Shown: positions 1 to 11,919 of the stretch, piece by piece | Layout of the letters: each line of letters begins with the position of its first letter | Position numbering within the stretch: the first letter of the stretch is position 1 | NCBI GenBank assembly: GCA_050084985.1 | Contig: JBITNC010000001.1 | Location: 212,784,001-212,848,000 of the forward strand | DNA from: Nageia nagi | Lineage: Eukaryota; Plantae; Pinophyta | DNA length: 64,000 nucleotides | Reading direction: 5' to 3' | Position numbers and translations under genes: made by a program | The notes under the pieces: generated by a model | What the model was told of the DNA's origin: nothing | The model's database searches: none | Seen by the model: only the letters and a program-made list of their open reading frames with translations

Positions 1-416
1 AAATATTTAAAGGAGATAAATAAATATTCTTATATAAATTGAAATAAATATAATTATTATATGAATTGGAAAAATTGGAAAGTTATGTTATTTAAATAAA
101 TAAAATATTTTTTTAAATTATAATTCTTTAAAGAAATGTGTGTTAATATGATATGATGGTCTTTTAGATTCAATTGGTATGTAAGATGTGAATTTTGTAA
201 TGAATTTTTATTACAATAAATTAAAAGTATTCAACTTTTTAAATAAAAAATAAATAGAATGAAATATTGCAATAATTATTTTATATTTCATAAGATTATT
301 AAAATATTTTTCAGTTTTTATTTTATAAAATTTAATGGTATTTTGGTAATTTTCATTAACTTATAAGGATATTTTGGTAATTTTTGAAGATTGAAGGGTA
401 TTTTGGTAAGTTTCCC
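1..416. mobile_element. Probable right terminus of a Mutator-like (MULE) non-autonomous element/MITE; left part outside the window
   Basis: AT-rich body ends in three GG(G/A)TATTTTGGTAA repeats (~337-410) and ...AAGTTTCCC. The reverse complement GGGAAACTTACCAAAATACCC resembles plant MULE TIR starts. The partner TIR is not visible. Confidence 0.4.
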
Positions 417-1336
417 TTATTTTTTTGACACTAGTTTGTTATATGGATGCTTGATTTTTAAAATGCATTTCAATTGTTATTCCCCAAATTAGCCCACCAA
501 GCCAAATAATCCATCATGTTTGATCCATGAGTAAAGATTTAAGTGCTTTTGTTCCCAAGCTTACTTATTTCTAACAGACTCTAAACATCAACAAATTAAC
601 AGCTACTTGATGTATTTAACAAACAAAGACCTGCATGGCACCTAAGGTTTGCAATGTTTCTATACATTTGGATATTGTTGTCTCTTCAATAAATATTTAT
701 AAATTGCTTAACTTTTCAGAATTTTAAACGTAACATGTAATTCCTCACTATAGATATTTATAAATAAAGCAACACAACATAAACTGAAAATGGCAAATTT
801 TTCTTCTTTTCATACATCCAACATATTTTCTGGAATTTGTTTTCATTTGTACATTGATGCTTTTATTTATCGGATTGCTGACTGGAAAAATATATAACAA
901 AATTTGAAGTTCCCTCATTAAGATGCTTTATTTTCTAGTTACAACCTTGGAAAAGTCTCGGCAATAGTTTCATATCAATAACAAAAAAAGCAATATAAAC
1001 TTCGAACTATATCTGTAATATTTCTTCAGTTTATTAAAAATGTGCCAAAACAAGAAATGGAACACAATGCCTAGCATTTCAGGGCACTTTATTACTCAGA
1101 GCATCATAACAGTTCAAGTCAACAATGCATAATGTAAAATATAACCATGTGCCAATGGGCATTAAAAATTGAAGTCCACTGTCTAGAGAATGAGTCATAC
1201 CTTTCTAACAGCAAGATTCAACTCTTGCTCACATTTTGCCCCTATTCAAACTTGTAGAACCCATTGCGAGTGTCACAAACATAAATTTTCTATAAAACAA
1301 TTATCTAAATGCACATAATATTGTTAAATTGCATTA

Positions 1337-2475
1337 TGTGATGATCCAAATTTAAAATTCGGCCACAAACTAGCAATACAGGATCATCAAGCCCTAACAT
1401 CAGGTCTAGGGCATCACACATGCACCAATACCCTCAAGCATGCAACGTTAGGGTTAGAGCATTAACATTAAACATTCAGATACACAAAATGCCAACGTCT
1501 AAGTATAACATGCAAGATCCAACCATCAAACCCCAGTATGCCAACGTCTAGCAATTACAAGCATATAACAATGAACATCAAATCACAATGCCAACGTTTG
1601 GCTCATACATGTAAAATGAAGCATAATCAACCCAACGCATGCACAAGTATGGAATACACAATACACAATGAGATGCACCCTCTGGCTGTATATGAATGAT
1701 GAGAATGATAATAATACAATACCAATGCCCAATGGGCAGTCGTTGGCCTCAAGGGAGCCAACTAGGGCACAATGCTCTGAAACCCTCAACATTGAACAAC
1801 TGTCGAACCACAAGATAGACTACTCCCTCAGATCCGAAATCCTCTCCACTCGAGGAGCCCTCCTCGAAACCTAGTGAACCACTGAAAGGTAGAAGTAAAT
1901 CCTTGGAATGCCACTGGATGGGCAAGGTGCTCCACCTATGTCGTAGATAATCAGGATCCCACTACCTGACTACCTCTAGACGCTCTGCCTACGAATGGAA
2001 TGCTTAGCGCCACTAAGACTTGTGCCCGAAGGTCTGTAGTAAGTGTAATAATAATCAATAGCTACCCAATACTGAAGCTCCAATGTCTATCTATACATTG
2101 CTTGTGTCCGAAACTCACCTAGGAATCATCCCAGGCCCATCTAATCCAACGTTGGATATTTGGGTGACCCAATCACTTAAAGTGCCAACATGGGGGTATG
2201 GGGCCCTCCCCAGTGTGGCGCTAACATGATGGTAGCCGTCCAACTCACTAATGCATAAACATACCTTGGGATTTCCATAATCCAAGATCTCCAATTCAAC
2301 ACATGCCTAATCTACTACTCAAGAGGGAGACGTCCCACTTGGGGCTCACTGTGGGGTCCACATGACCCATTAAACTTCTATCTTGAGTTACAACAATGCA
2401 ATTACAAATACATCAAATAGATATAGTACAAGGTGACCAGACTGGTCCCATTAAAAGCACAAGGGGGACGTCACA
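1337..2475 (-). repeat. 3' LTR of element 1337-6745
   Basis: TGTGATG...CGTCACA termini; aligns along its length with 5626-6745; adjacent to the PPT. Confidence 0.93.
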
Positions 2476-2490
2476 AAGTCTCCCCTCTCC
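2476..2490 (-). promoter_or_regulatory. Polypurine tract (PPT)
   Basis: Minus strand reads GGAGAGGGGAGACTT immediately before the 3' LTR. Confidence 0.85.
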
Positions 2491-2870
2491 AATTGTTTGC
2501 CCTCAAGCAATCACAGAAGATCACAGCATTCAGAATGCAACCTTAATATGCCCCATGTCGGATGATGGTGAGATATGAACAGTTGGAGCTCCATGCTCCT
2601 AGCTCAGTACAAATGGCAGACTCTCTGGTCTGCTATAGCTGCCACTCCTCAGCAGATACTCAATGACAATCCTCCATAGCCAAGGAAGTGAATGCACACC
2701 CTGGCTGAAATGTACCTACAAAAACCTGGGAAAGATAACAGTCAATGAAAAGCAAGTAAAGCCTAAGCTCCACTCAAGTAGCAGGGTCTCCAAACTCCTC
2801 TCAAAAACTCTCAAACTCCTCACGGTCAGTGTGAGGCAAGAATGCACCTCATTCGCTAACTCCTGAAACC

Positions 2871-3300
2871 TCCATGAGGGGAACACAGCTTCAATCAAAC
2901 TCAACGATGAGTATCCACCATCATGACACCTCCAAACAGCAATCCTGGCTTCCTCAAGCCTCAACGTAGGGTGCCCATCATCATGACACCTCCAAACAGC
3001 AATCATGGCCTCCTCAAGCCTCAACGTGGGGCTCCAATCCTCTTGGACACCCAACGTGGCAAGACAATCCTCCCAGAAACTCAATGTGGCATCACAAGCC
3101 TCTTGGATGCTCAACGTAGTAAGATATGCTTCCCAGATGCTCCACGTGGGGTGGCTCCTCCTCAGGAAGCTCAACGCAAGCTGATAAACCTCTAGTGTGC
3201 CCAACGTGGGGTGGGAATGCTCCAATGAGCCCGTGGATGTCCAACGTTAAGGTCCCATCTCCTCCATGACCCAACGTGGCCCATTCTAGCTCCTGCTGCA
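2871..3300 (-). repeat. 30-bp-period minisatellite (~14 diverged units) encoding a decapeptide repeat
   Basis: On + strand YCAACGTRG recurs at 30-bp phase (2901, 2961, 3021, 3051, 3081, 3111, 3141, 3171, 3201, then 3241, 3271 after one 40-bp unit). ORF 2716..3225 reads HPTLGTLEVY/.../SPTLRLEEAM/HPTLRLEEAR. Confidence 0.85.
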
Positions 3301-3339
3301 ACATGGCTACTTGTTCAAACTCCTCCTTTTGCTAACACC

Positions 3340-5590
3340 ACTTGATCACCTCTAGTTGCTTGTTGTCAACCTATGGACAATCATCCCAGATGCCCTGCAG
3401 TGTGTGTCTTACCATCTATTTCGAAACTCGTGGTGAGTTTCTAATAGTTGGTATGAATGTCCCCTAAGTCAAACAACCACTGCACTCCAAGAATGATGTG
3501 AGGAAGCCCCTTCAAGGCTACATGTAGAAGTCCTCACTCCAAACCGCTCCACAATGTGATCAACCAAGGTGAGTTTCCCATTAGCATTGGAAACTCGAAA
3601 CCCCTCAAATGCCTTGGTCTTCAAATTCTTCCGCTCTGCAAACCCAACATTAATGAAGTTGTGGGATGCTCCAAGATCTATCAACACCATCACATCCTGT
3701 CCCACAATCTTCAAAGTCAAGTACTTCTTCACCTCATGGAGTGAAGCACTCATGCTCCCAAGCATGCCCTCAACTCATGGTGACCCTAAATCCTCCACGT
3801 CTACTCCCAACTCCTCCAACTCCTCTAAAAACACCTTAATATAATGCACCTATCCCTTCCCCAAACAACGGTGCCCAAGCTCCCAAGTCTTCTTGCAGTA
3901 GAAGCACTTGCCCTCTTTGCTCAGCTTTTCCCATGTAGCTACATCCAACTGATCTAGCCTGGATAGAGGAAGTGTCTTAGCCTTGCTAGGCCCCTTAGCA
4001 AACGGCTTCCGAATAGCCGGCCCCTTGGAAACCAGTCCTCCCCTAAGGGATTTCACGATGGGCTCCAAGTTGTAGGCTGCCCAGATAGCATTGTCAAGGC
4101 TCCTAGGAGAGGACACCTTGACCATCCCTCTCAATGGCTCCATCAATCCCTCAATGAAAAGGAAAGCCAACCTCTCCTCTGAAATGTGATGAATCATGAC
4201 GGCTATCCTCTAAAACTCCGTCACAAGCTCATCCACTGCTCCTGACTGTCTCAACGTCGTCAAGTCCCGAAAGTAGTCATTCTCCTTCTTCCAATCAAAC
4301 CTCTTTGCCAACCTCCTGGCAAACTCATCGAATGAGGTGATGAGTGAATACCCCTATCTGATCACACCATGTTGCCACCACTCTAGGGCATCACCCTCCA
4401 AATGCAATGATGCGAAGTGAATCGCATCCTCCTCCACCATGCTAGGGTTTAGAGTGAAGTATGTCTGCAACTGATGCAGCCATGCCCTAGCAGTCATCTT
4501 CTTGCCGTCGTACATGAAAACCTGCATTTTGTTGATCCTGTGTTGCAGGTCTTTCTTCTCCTCCCCTGGCTTCCTAAATGTCATGGGCCATGCGCACTGT
4601 TACCCTTCAACCCCAAGAGCTCAAGATACCCATTGAAGTTAACATCTCTCCTCAGACCAAGATCCAACATGGATTACTCCTTGAAGATTTGATTCAGCTC
4701 CAGCTTCAAAGCCTCCCCTACCTTCTATGCAAAAATGGGTCTAGATGGCTTCGGAATCACTGGCTATTCCTCTACTCTGCCAACGTCCTCCAAGAATCTT
4801 CCTAGGAGAGGGTTTGTACCTGCGGTGCTATGTGTGAATGGGATCTCAAGAATTTGGCTTCAGGCTGACCCATTGATCCATAATGAGTGGATTCTCTATC
4901 CCTCAAGCTCCGAGATCTCCTCAAACTAGGCTCACAATCTGTCTGATCCTCCTCAAAATACTCCTCTCGATCATCCCTCACTGGACGTGGGGTCTCCTGA
5001 TCATATATAGCTGGACGTGGGGTCTCCTGGCCCTCTCTGGTTGGATGTGGGTGCTCCCTCTCATCCCTGGCCCAATGTGGGTGCTCTCTGCCCTCCCTAG
5101 CCAATCGTGGGGTCTCTTGATCATCCTTGGCCAAACGTGGGTGCTCTCACTCTTCCCTAACCAATCGTGGATGCTCCCTCTCATCCCGAACATGGCACAG
5201 TGCTCCCCGATCTTCTCTGACATGTCATGGGGGTGTATGGCACCTCTCTAGCTCATCAAGATCTCCCCAATGTCTAGTCATCTTTTGCTCCATGGAAGTC
5301 ATCACTCCGATCATATTATGAATGACTGAAATGAGCTCATAAAACTTCTGTTCGGGAGTGGATCCCCGAACCGAAGTAGAGCTCCTCCTCCTGGAAGACC
5401 TTTGTCTATCCCCTTGCACCACTCCCTCATCGCCAGAAACCCTCTCTTCCGACGGCTCGTTCATCCATTTCTGTCTCTCCTCACCTTGGACGGCTCTCTA
5501 TGTTGTCTCCTTTGATCTTCCACTCTTCCTAGTGGATGCCATCTCTCTCTTGCTGGATTTGGTGTAATAGCGATGGATTATGGGTCTCAT
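3340..5590 (-). pseudogene. gag: Disrupted gag-aspartic protease polyprotein with long N-terminal extension
   Basis: ATG at 5590 just after the PBS. Gag motif ASLHLEGDALEWW (4354-4584), knuckle CFYCKKTWELGHRC (3850-4197), protease VLIDLGASHNFI followed by ILGVQWL. Several stops and frameshifts. Confidence 0.88.
4951..5250 (-). repeat. Second 30-bp-period minisatellite (~9-10 units) in the Gag N-terminal extension
   Basis: Units start at 4981, 5011 ... 5161 with core (A/T)(C/T)GTGG on +. Translation DQETPRLARE/GREHPHWARD/EREHPHPTRE/GQETPRPAIY/DQETPRPVRD (ORF 4802..5134). Confidence 0.85.
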
Positions 5591-5610
5591 GCACAGGCTG
5601 GCCAGATCCA

Positions 5611-5623
5611 GGCTCTGATAACA
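5611..5623 (-). promoter_or_regulatory. Primer-binding site for initiator tRNA-Met
   Basis: Minus strand reads TGTTATCAGAGCC, one mismatch to canonical TGGTATCAGAGCC, 2 nt from the 5' LTR. Confidence 0.85.
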
Positions 5624-5625
5624 CT

Positions 5626-6745
5626 TATGATGATCAAAATTTCAAATTTGGCCACAAACTAGCAATACATGATCATCAAGCCCTGACATCAGGTCTAGGG
5701 CATCACACATGCACCAATAAACCCTCAAGCATGCAATGTTAGGGTTAGAGCATTAACATTAAACATTTAGATACCCAAAATGTCAATGCCTAAGTATAAC
5801 ATGCAAGATCCAACCATCAAATCCCAGTATGCCAATGTTTAGCAATTACAAACATATAACAATGAACACCACATCACAATGCCAACGCCTGGCTCATACA
5901 TGTACTAATGCATGCACAAGTATGGAATACACAATGAGATCCAATGCCCTCTAGCTGTATATGAATGATGAGAATGATAAGAATACAATACCAATGCCCA
6001 GTGGGCAATCGTTGGCCTCAAGGGAGCCAACTAGGGCACAATGCTCTGAAACCTCAACATTGAACAACTACCGAACCACGGGATAGAATTACTCCCTCAG
6101 ATCCCAAATCCTCTCCACTGAAGGAGCCCTCCTCGAAACATGATGAACCACTGAACGTAGAAGTAAATCCTCGGAATGCCATCGGATGGGCAAGGTGCTC
6201 CACCTATGCCGTAGATAATCAAGATCCCACTGCCTAACTACCCTCTAGATGCTTCGCCTACGAATGGAATGCTTAGTGCCGCTAAGACTTGTGCCCGAAG
6301 GTCTGCAGTAAGTGTAATAATAATCAATAGCTGTCCAATACTGAAGCTCCAATGTCTATTTATACATTGCTTGTGTCTGGAACTCACCTAGGAGTCATCC
6401 CAAGCCCATCTAATCCAACATTGGGTATTTGGGGGCCCAATCACTTAAAGTGCCAACATGGGGGTATGGGGCCCTCCTTAATGTGGCGCTAGCATGCTGG
6501 TAGCCTTCCAACTCACTAATGCATAAACATACCTTGAGATTCCCACAATCCGGGATCTTCAATGGAACAAATGCCTAATCTACTACTTAGGAGGGAGAGA
6601 CGTCCCACTTGGTGCTCATAGTGGGGTCCACATGACCTATTAAACTCCTATCCTGAGTTACAACAATGCAACTACAAATACATCAAATAGATATAGTACA
6701 AGGTGACCAGACTGGTCCCACTAAAAGTACAAGGGCGACGTCACA
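5626..6745 (-). repeat. 5' LTR of element 1337-6745
   Basis: TATGATG...CGTCACA (terminal TG mutated to TA). About 13 differences from the other LTR in the first ~170 bp by manual alignment. Confidence 0.93.
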
Positions 6746-7103
6746 CATTAAAAATGAATTCCATGGTATGGAATTTGTACAACTTCAATCTCGCAAGCCA
6801 AAGTTTTTTTATGACCAAAGACAATAGAAAGAAACAAAGCAAACTGACCATTAAGCATTCTAAAAAAGCAGGGATTAACCAGAAATACCAGCAATGGGAA
6901 TCTTATTGTTACTGCTGGAATTATCACAAATAAACAATTCCTAATTGCATTCACTAGCACCCTACAGTTGGAAAATATGAAGAAGAAAAAAGTTACAATA
7001 ATCCCTCTGCCCTAACTTCTAGAGCTAGTGAAAAGGCACAGATACATCAAACAAAAACGTTTATGAATTATTTTCTGGATAAATTATTACAAATAACATG
7101 ACC

Positions 7104-7358
7104 TCAAGAGTCAATATCTACAAATTTGCAAACATTTGTGTTAGTGATTACTAATTTCATAGCCTGTTAGAGTACTATCAAGAGGCAAGTGTTAATGTGA
7201 GGAATCTGTAAACAATTAATGTCTGCAGTTTCAAGAGTCAATATCTACAAATTTGAGAACATTCGTGTTAGTAATTACTAATTTCATAGCCTGTTAGAGT
7301 TCCGCCAAGAGGCAAGTGTTGATGCCGTGGTTTCAATTCACAGCCAATTAATGTCTGC
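7104..7358. repeat. Imperfect tandem duplication, ~127-bp unit x2
   Basis: TCAAGAGTCAATATCTACAAATTTG...CAATTAATGTCTGC starts at 7104 and 7231. Confidence 0.85.
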
Positions 7359-8725
7359 TGACAACATAAAGAAACAAAGATAAACACCATGCAAGTTGAA
7401 TAGGTTCTAACTAACATGGAAAACATTTGGAGAAGGATTATCAGCTTGTGAAACTGTTGATTGAATTCTTAAATGACACCAAAAATAGAGTATCAAGAAT
7501 TCACAATCAATATGAAGATAAACCTCACATTTTCCATTAGCACTTCAAGGGCAAGAATCTATTCTACTATGACAGTTTGACTAGCATCAAGCAAAGCAAA
7601 TCTTACAAAGCCACAAATAAACTAGATGTAAAAATTTAAGTGGAAGATACCTTACTTACAGCATAATAAATTTTAAAATCCGTGATAAGCTAATGACAAG
7701 TTACTAAATCTCAAATATAAGTACTATTTTTTTATAGTGGGATATGTTTAGGAGGACGCTGGGCACCTGTTTTCCTTTTGTGTCAAGTGTATTTAATGAA
7801 TAGAAACCTTTCAGTGGATTAAAACTCTGGAAATATTAATGAATATTATTGCAAATAGTTTTATATTGTTAATATATATTTTATATCAGAACACCATGAA
7901 CAGTCAAAACTATAATAGTAGCAATGATTTCAAGCAAACCCATAGAAATATAGATAAAGTCTACACATCTAAAAAGAGTCTGTTTGGTCCCAAAGCAGTT
8001 ATTTTGATAAAATATGTCATTCAATTGGAAATTTTAACGAGTCATTGGTATTGGTGTGACAAAATAAAGATGTTCAAGAATCTTATATGCATCTTCCCAA
8101 ATGATGATAGAGTACGGTGATTTACTATTTAGTATTTACTAATTGTCAGAGCTATGTTCGAATTTTCAAATCTAACTTGTACATCAACTCTTTTTCTCCA
8201 TCCTTTTGTTTTATGGTCTAAGAAGATGGAATTGTTTTTAGTGTGGCCTATATCTTCTGTTATAAGAAAGGCATTGAACTGACCTGCAAGAAAGATTGCT
8301 CCATGTAGAGCCTATATCTTCTGTTATAAAGGAAAATGTAGAGCCATGTAGAAACATTTCAGAAACACAAAGGCATTTTACAGGCTTTAAATTTTTGTTT
8401 CAAAAAAGGGATCAAAAACTCCAAACATTAGAATACATCCTAACTCCTTTAATTTAATATAACTCATTTAGTCATATTCCATTTAGAGTTTCATAGAATA
8501 GATAAAAAAATGCATACGACATATGTAAAAGAAGCAAATAAATGTCAAAGCGTACCGTACCGCTGATGATGAATTGCCAGCAGATTTAGGTTGTAGAAAA
8601 ACACCCTTCAGTAAGGAACATGAAATTGCAACAGATTACAAGACACAGTTAAAATGTTTGTTATGGAAAGATATAAACAAAACTATTCAAGAACAGAATG
8701 CATCTGTGCTTTAAAAGGCATTCAG

Positions 8726-9170
8726 AAAATGCTTTCATAGTTATAGACAAGCAGATGAGTTGGAAAAAGTAGGTAACAAAAAGCATGCAGAAAAGAAACT
8801 GTTGACTACAGGTTAACAATTTTATGCAGTGTAACATAATAGCATTGCTGTTGGTGGACAAAGATAAGTCTGTTTGAAACATTGCATTCAACCAAAGAGA
8901 CTAGCATTTATAGAACACCATGCTCCCTTGATCTCATTGGAAGATGTATTAAAATGCTTTCATAGTTATAGACAAGCAGATGAGTTGGAAAAAGTAGGTA
9001 ACAAAAAGCATGCAGAAAAGAAACTGTTGACTACAGGTTAACAATTTTATGCAGTGTAACATAATAGCATTGCTGTTGGTGGACAAAGATAAGTCTGTTT
9101 GAAACATTGCATTCAACCAAAGAGACTAGCATTTATAGAACACCATGCTCCCTTGATCTCATTGGAAGAT
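8726..9170. repeat. Apparently perfect tandem duplication, 220 bp, period 225
   Basis: AAAATGCTTTCATAG...CATTGGAAGAT at 8726-8945 and 8951-9170; no mismatch seen by eye. Confidence 0.92.
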
Positions 9171-11919
9171 ATATTTACTGGAACGATTATAAGATGACAC
9201 TTGAGCAACACACTTGTTTACATGTTTATTTATCAATGAAAAGCATAAAATAGATGAAGCCACTTAAAAATAAACAAAAAATTATTTGTATAAATGCACA
9301 ACTTAATGCTGTTAAGAATCTATGAGAAGGCAAGTAAGAGGGTCTATCAGACCTAGAGAACACCAACATCATGAAGAACTCATAAATATCATAAGCCTTT
9401 GATCTCTGATCATCCATATTGAATTCACATCAAACGTTGAGTATTTTTGCTTGGCTCTAAAACTGAAACATCTCTATCAATAAAATAAGGGCATAGTTTT
9501 CTCTCTGTCTGAATTTCAGTTGTGCTTCTGTGTATTTTAGTAACTTGCACACCTGTCTGGGAAGACCTGCACTGCATTAATTTTGTTTAAAATGTCTCTT
9601 GTCAATCTCACACTCATCTCTACCCACCATTATACACCATATGAAACTCAAAACAAAAGTACTTCTACCACAGAATCAAAGAAGTGGCATAGGAAGAATT
9701 TCTATTAAGAAAATTGATTACAAACTTACTAAACGGTAGAAAACCTTTGGGATGTACCCATTTTGTTTCAAGACTTGGTCAACATTGATATCCTAAGAGA
9801 GAGTCTCCAAGACTTCAACTTTTTCTCAAAATTTTCTTTGTAACCATATCCATAAAAGATCTTATACATAAAGAGAAAGCCTTTAATACTTGCATGTATT
9901 GTTCTTGCTTTGTTATTTACACCAATTAACATCAAGGCAGAAAAGAATAGGAGAATCCTTTTCAACTCTTAAAAGGCCTTAACAACGCTTAATACCTAGA
10001 AACAAATAACTAAAATATTTAAAACATAGGCAATATTTCTTGATTCAACAAGAATCTACCATAGCCTTTGCTTACCGTCCAATAGTCTTACTCCTTACAA
10101 TACTTGAATATTTAATTGGATGTAGTTTATAACTAGGTTTATTGTTATTGATCATAATGTGGGCTGGTATAAAATATACCTTTTCTGATTCCACGTTTTA
10201 CAGATTGTTCCACCTGTTCAAATTCATATGCAAGTAAACCACAAACCATTAAAGAGAAAGACATAATTGTTTGAGTTTTAATATATAGACTATCACCGAA
10301 AATCTGCTCTATACATGGGCATAGCTTGACATTCATCATCAAATGACCTCAATAGTTTGGGAATCTTAAAAATTGTCTCCAAATCACCTCATCATACCAA
10401 GATAACTTTGAATTTTAAAACAAGTTACATCATAATGTCCACTTTATAAAGTCATTCCTCTCTTGGCAACTACACTTTACAATTAGCTATTGTTTCTTAC
10501 AGGATGGGCTAATAAACTGTCTTGCTTGCAAATAGTTGTATTAAGTATCAACAATTATTCACTGAAGTTGGATGTCATCAACCATCCTTTTTTAGGATTG
10601 TCCAACTCCTCAGTCATTTTCATGAATAATCATTGTTTTTTATATGATTTGGTACATTAGTCCTTTACCAAAAGAGCACATTATTGACCATAATTTTTTG
10701 GGATCATCTGTTACACATATTATATAATATAATAATAAGCATTTCATTGAAGTCAACCTCCCAGGTACAATGTGTAGTATTTGAATATGTAAGAAAGTAT
10801 TCAATCAAATTATCTTAATGTGCTTCTCATGTCTTCAAAGAAGTTGATCAGATCAACACTGGAATTCGATTTGTTGTCTACCCTGTTTCTTATTTAAAAT
10901 AAATCAGTGCAACAATATTTTTGCATTTTGAGTTGGTTGACAGTCAAGGCAGGAAATAGGACACTCGATTTGTTCCAAAGTCAACAGGACTGAAAATGTT
11001 CATGATGCAAAAGCTTTGGTCTACTTTGCTACAACCAATATAACTCATTTGCTGGATCTGCTAATTTGCTTCAAAATCTTTGCTTGGGCCACGACAAGTG
11101 TGAGTCAACTGAATGATGGTCATGCTTCATACAGTTTGTTCATCTAAAAAGAAATTTAATGTTAAATAAATTAATGCTATAAAGGTTGGTTAGCATTAAC
11201 AAAAAGTATAAATTAACGAAGATTGCATATAACTGGTGTATTAGAGAGAGAAAGGGTTCTCTCTCAGTTTGTCTTTTCAATGATCAGGTAATGCCAACCA
11301 TGATGGATGATGTCCTGTCCTTTTCTTTCTTGATTCAGATCTTTCACCAATTTTTATCCTAGAGATTGTCCTGCATCTACCTGAAGCTGCATTTTAGGCC
11401 TTCATATTTAATAGAACACTTGTTCTGGTCCATACCAATGAAATGTTTTACGAGTGTTATCAAAAGCGGCCAAAAATCGGGAAAATTGGCCAAAAATTGG
11501 AATCGGCCTGCTAAACAATTTTTTTGGGACCGATTCCGATTTTTTTAATTTTGCTGACGTGCCAATTTTTTGCCAATTCTTGGAAAAAAATCGGCAAAAA
11601 TCACAAACACTGGTTGGGGAGGAAAAAAAGGTCAAATTTGGATTTTTTTTTAAATTTTCTTGCAAACTTCAGCTAGGAGGAGCTAAGAGAAACATCATTT
11701 GCACGATTTGAGCTAGATTCCAACACAACCACAAGTAGGGGATCCATTATATTCTCAAGAAGAAGAACCAGCAAAAACCACTAACAGCGCTAAAGCAACA
11801 AAAGAGAGATTGATAAAGGAGAAACAAAGACAATATGAAATAGACCAAATGCAAATACACAATCACTTTAAGACATAATAGGAACAGGATTGAATTTATT
11901 GTCTTTCATACTTGTTTTT

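Larger units (their letters stand above)
1337..6745 (-). mobile_element. Complete non-autonomous Ty3/gypsy (chromovirus-derived) LTR retrotransposon, gag-protease only (TR-GAG-like)
   Basis: Two ~1.13-kb direct repeats, perfect 5-bp TSD CATTA (1332-1336 and 6746-6750), tRNA-iMet PBS, PPT, and gag, zinc-knuckle and protease remnants. No RT, RNase H or integrase core motifs. Confidence 0.93.

Noticed and set aside
1583-2578. Short ORFs within or overlapping the LTR
   Set aside because: They lie in LTR sequence, are not preserved as equivalent ORFs in the second LTR, and show no recognisable domains.
2871-3300. CRISPR-like array (conserved ~10-bp core plus ~20-bp variable part)
   Set aside because: The variable parts are related to each other (60-bp higher-order duplication at 2911-3030), the core is too short, the context is a plant retroelement and no cas genes are present. 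It is a minisatellite.
1337-6745. Retrozyme (hammerhead-ribozyme LTR element) or Cassandra-type 5S-bearing TRIM
   Set aside because: No CTGATGA..GAAA hammerhead core or 5S-like box was seen in the LTRs, and the element is larger and encodes gag-PR.
9345-9418. Possible intronic box C/D snoRNA on minus strand (..GGATGATC...GTCTGA)
   Set aside because: No canonical RTGATGA box C, no terminal stem and no rRNA-complementary guide that I could recognise.
9768-9965. ORF with GFLFMYKIFYGYGY, resembling a decayed LINE ORF1 zinc knuckle
   Set aside because: Similarity is limited to one short degenerate motif, which is not enough to annotate.
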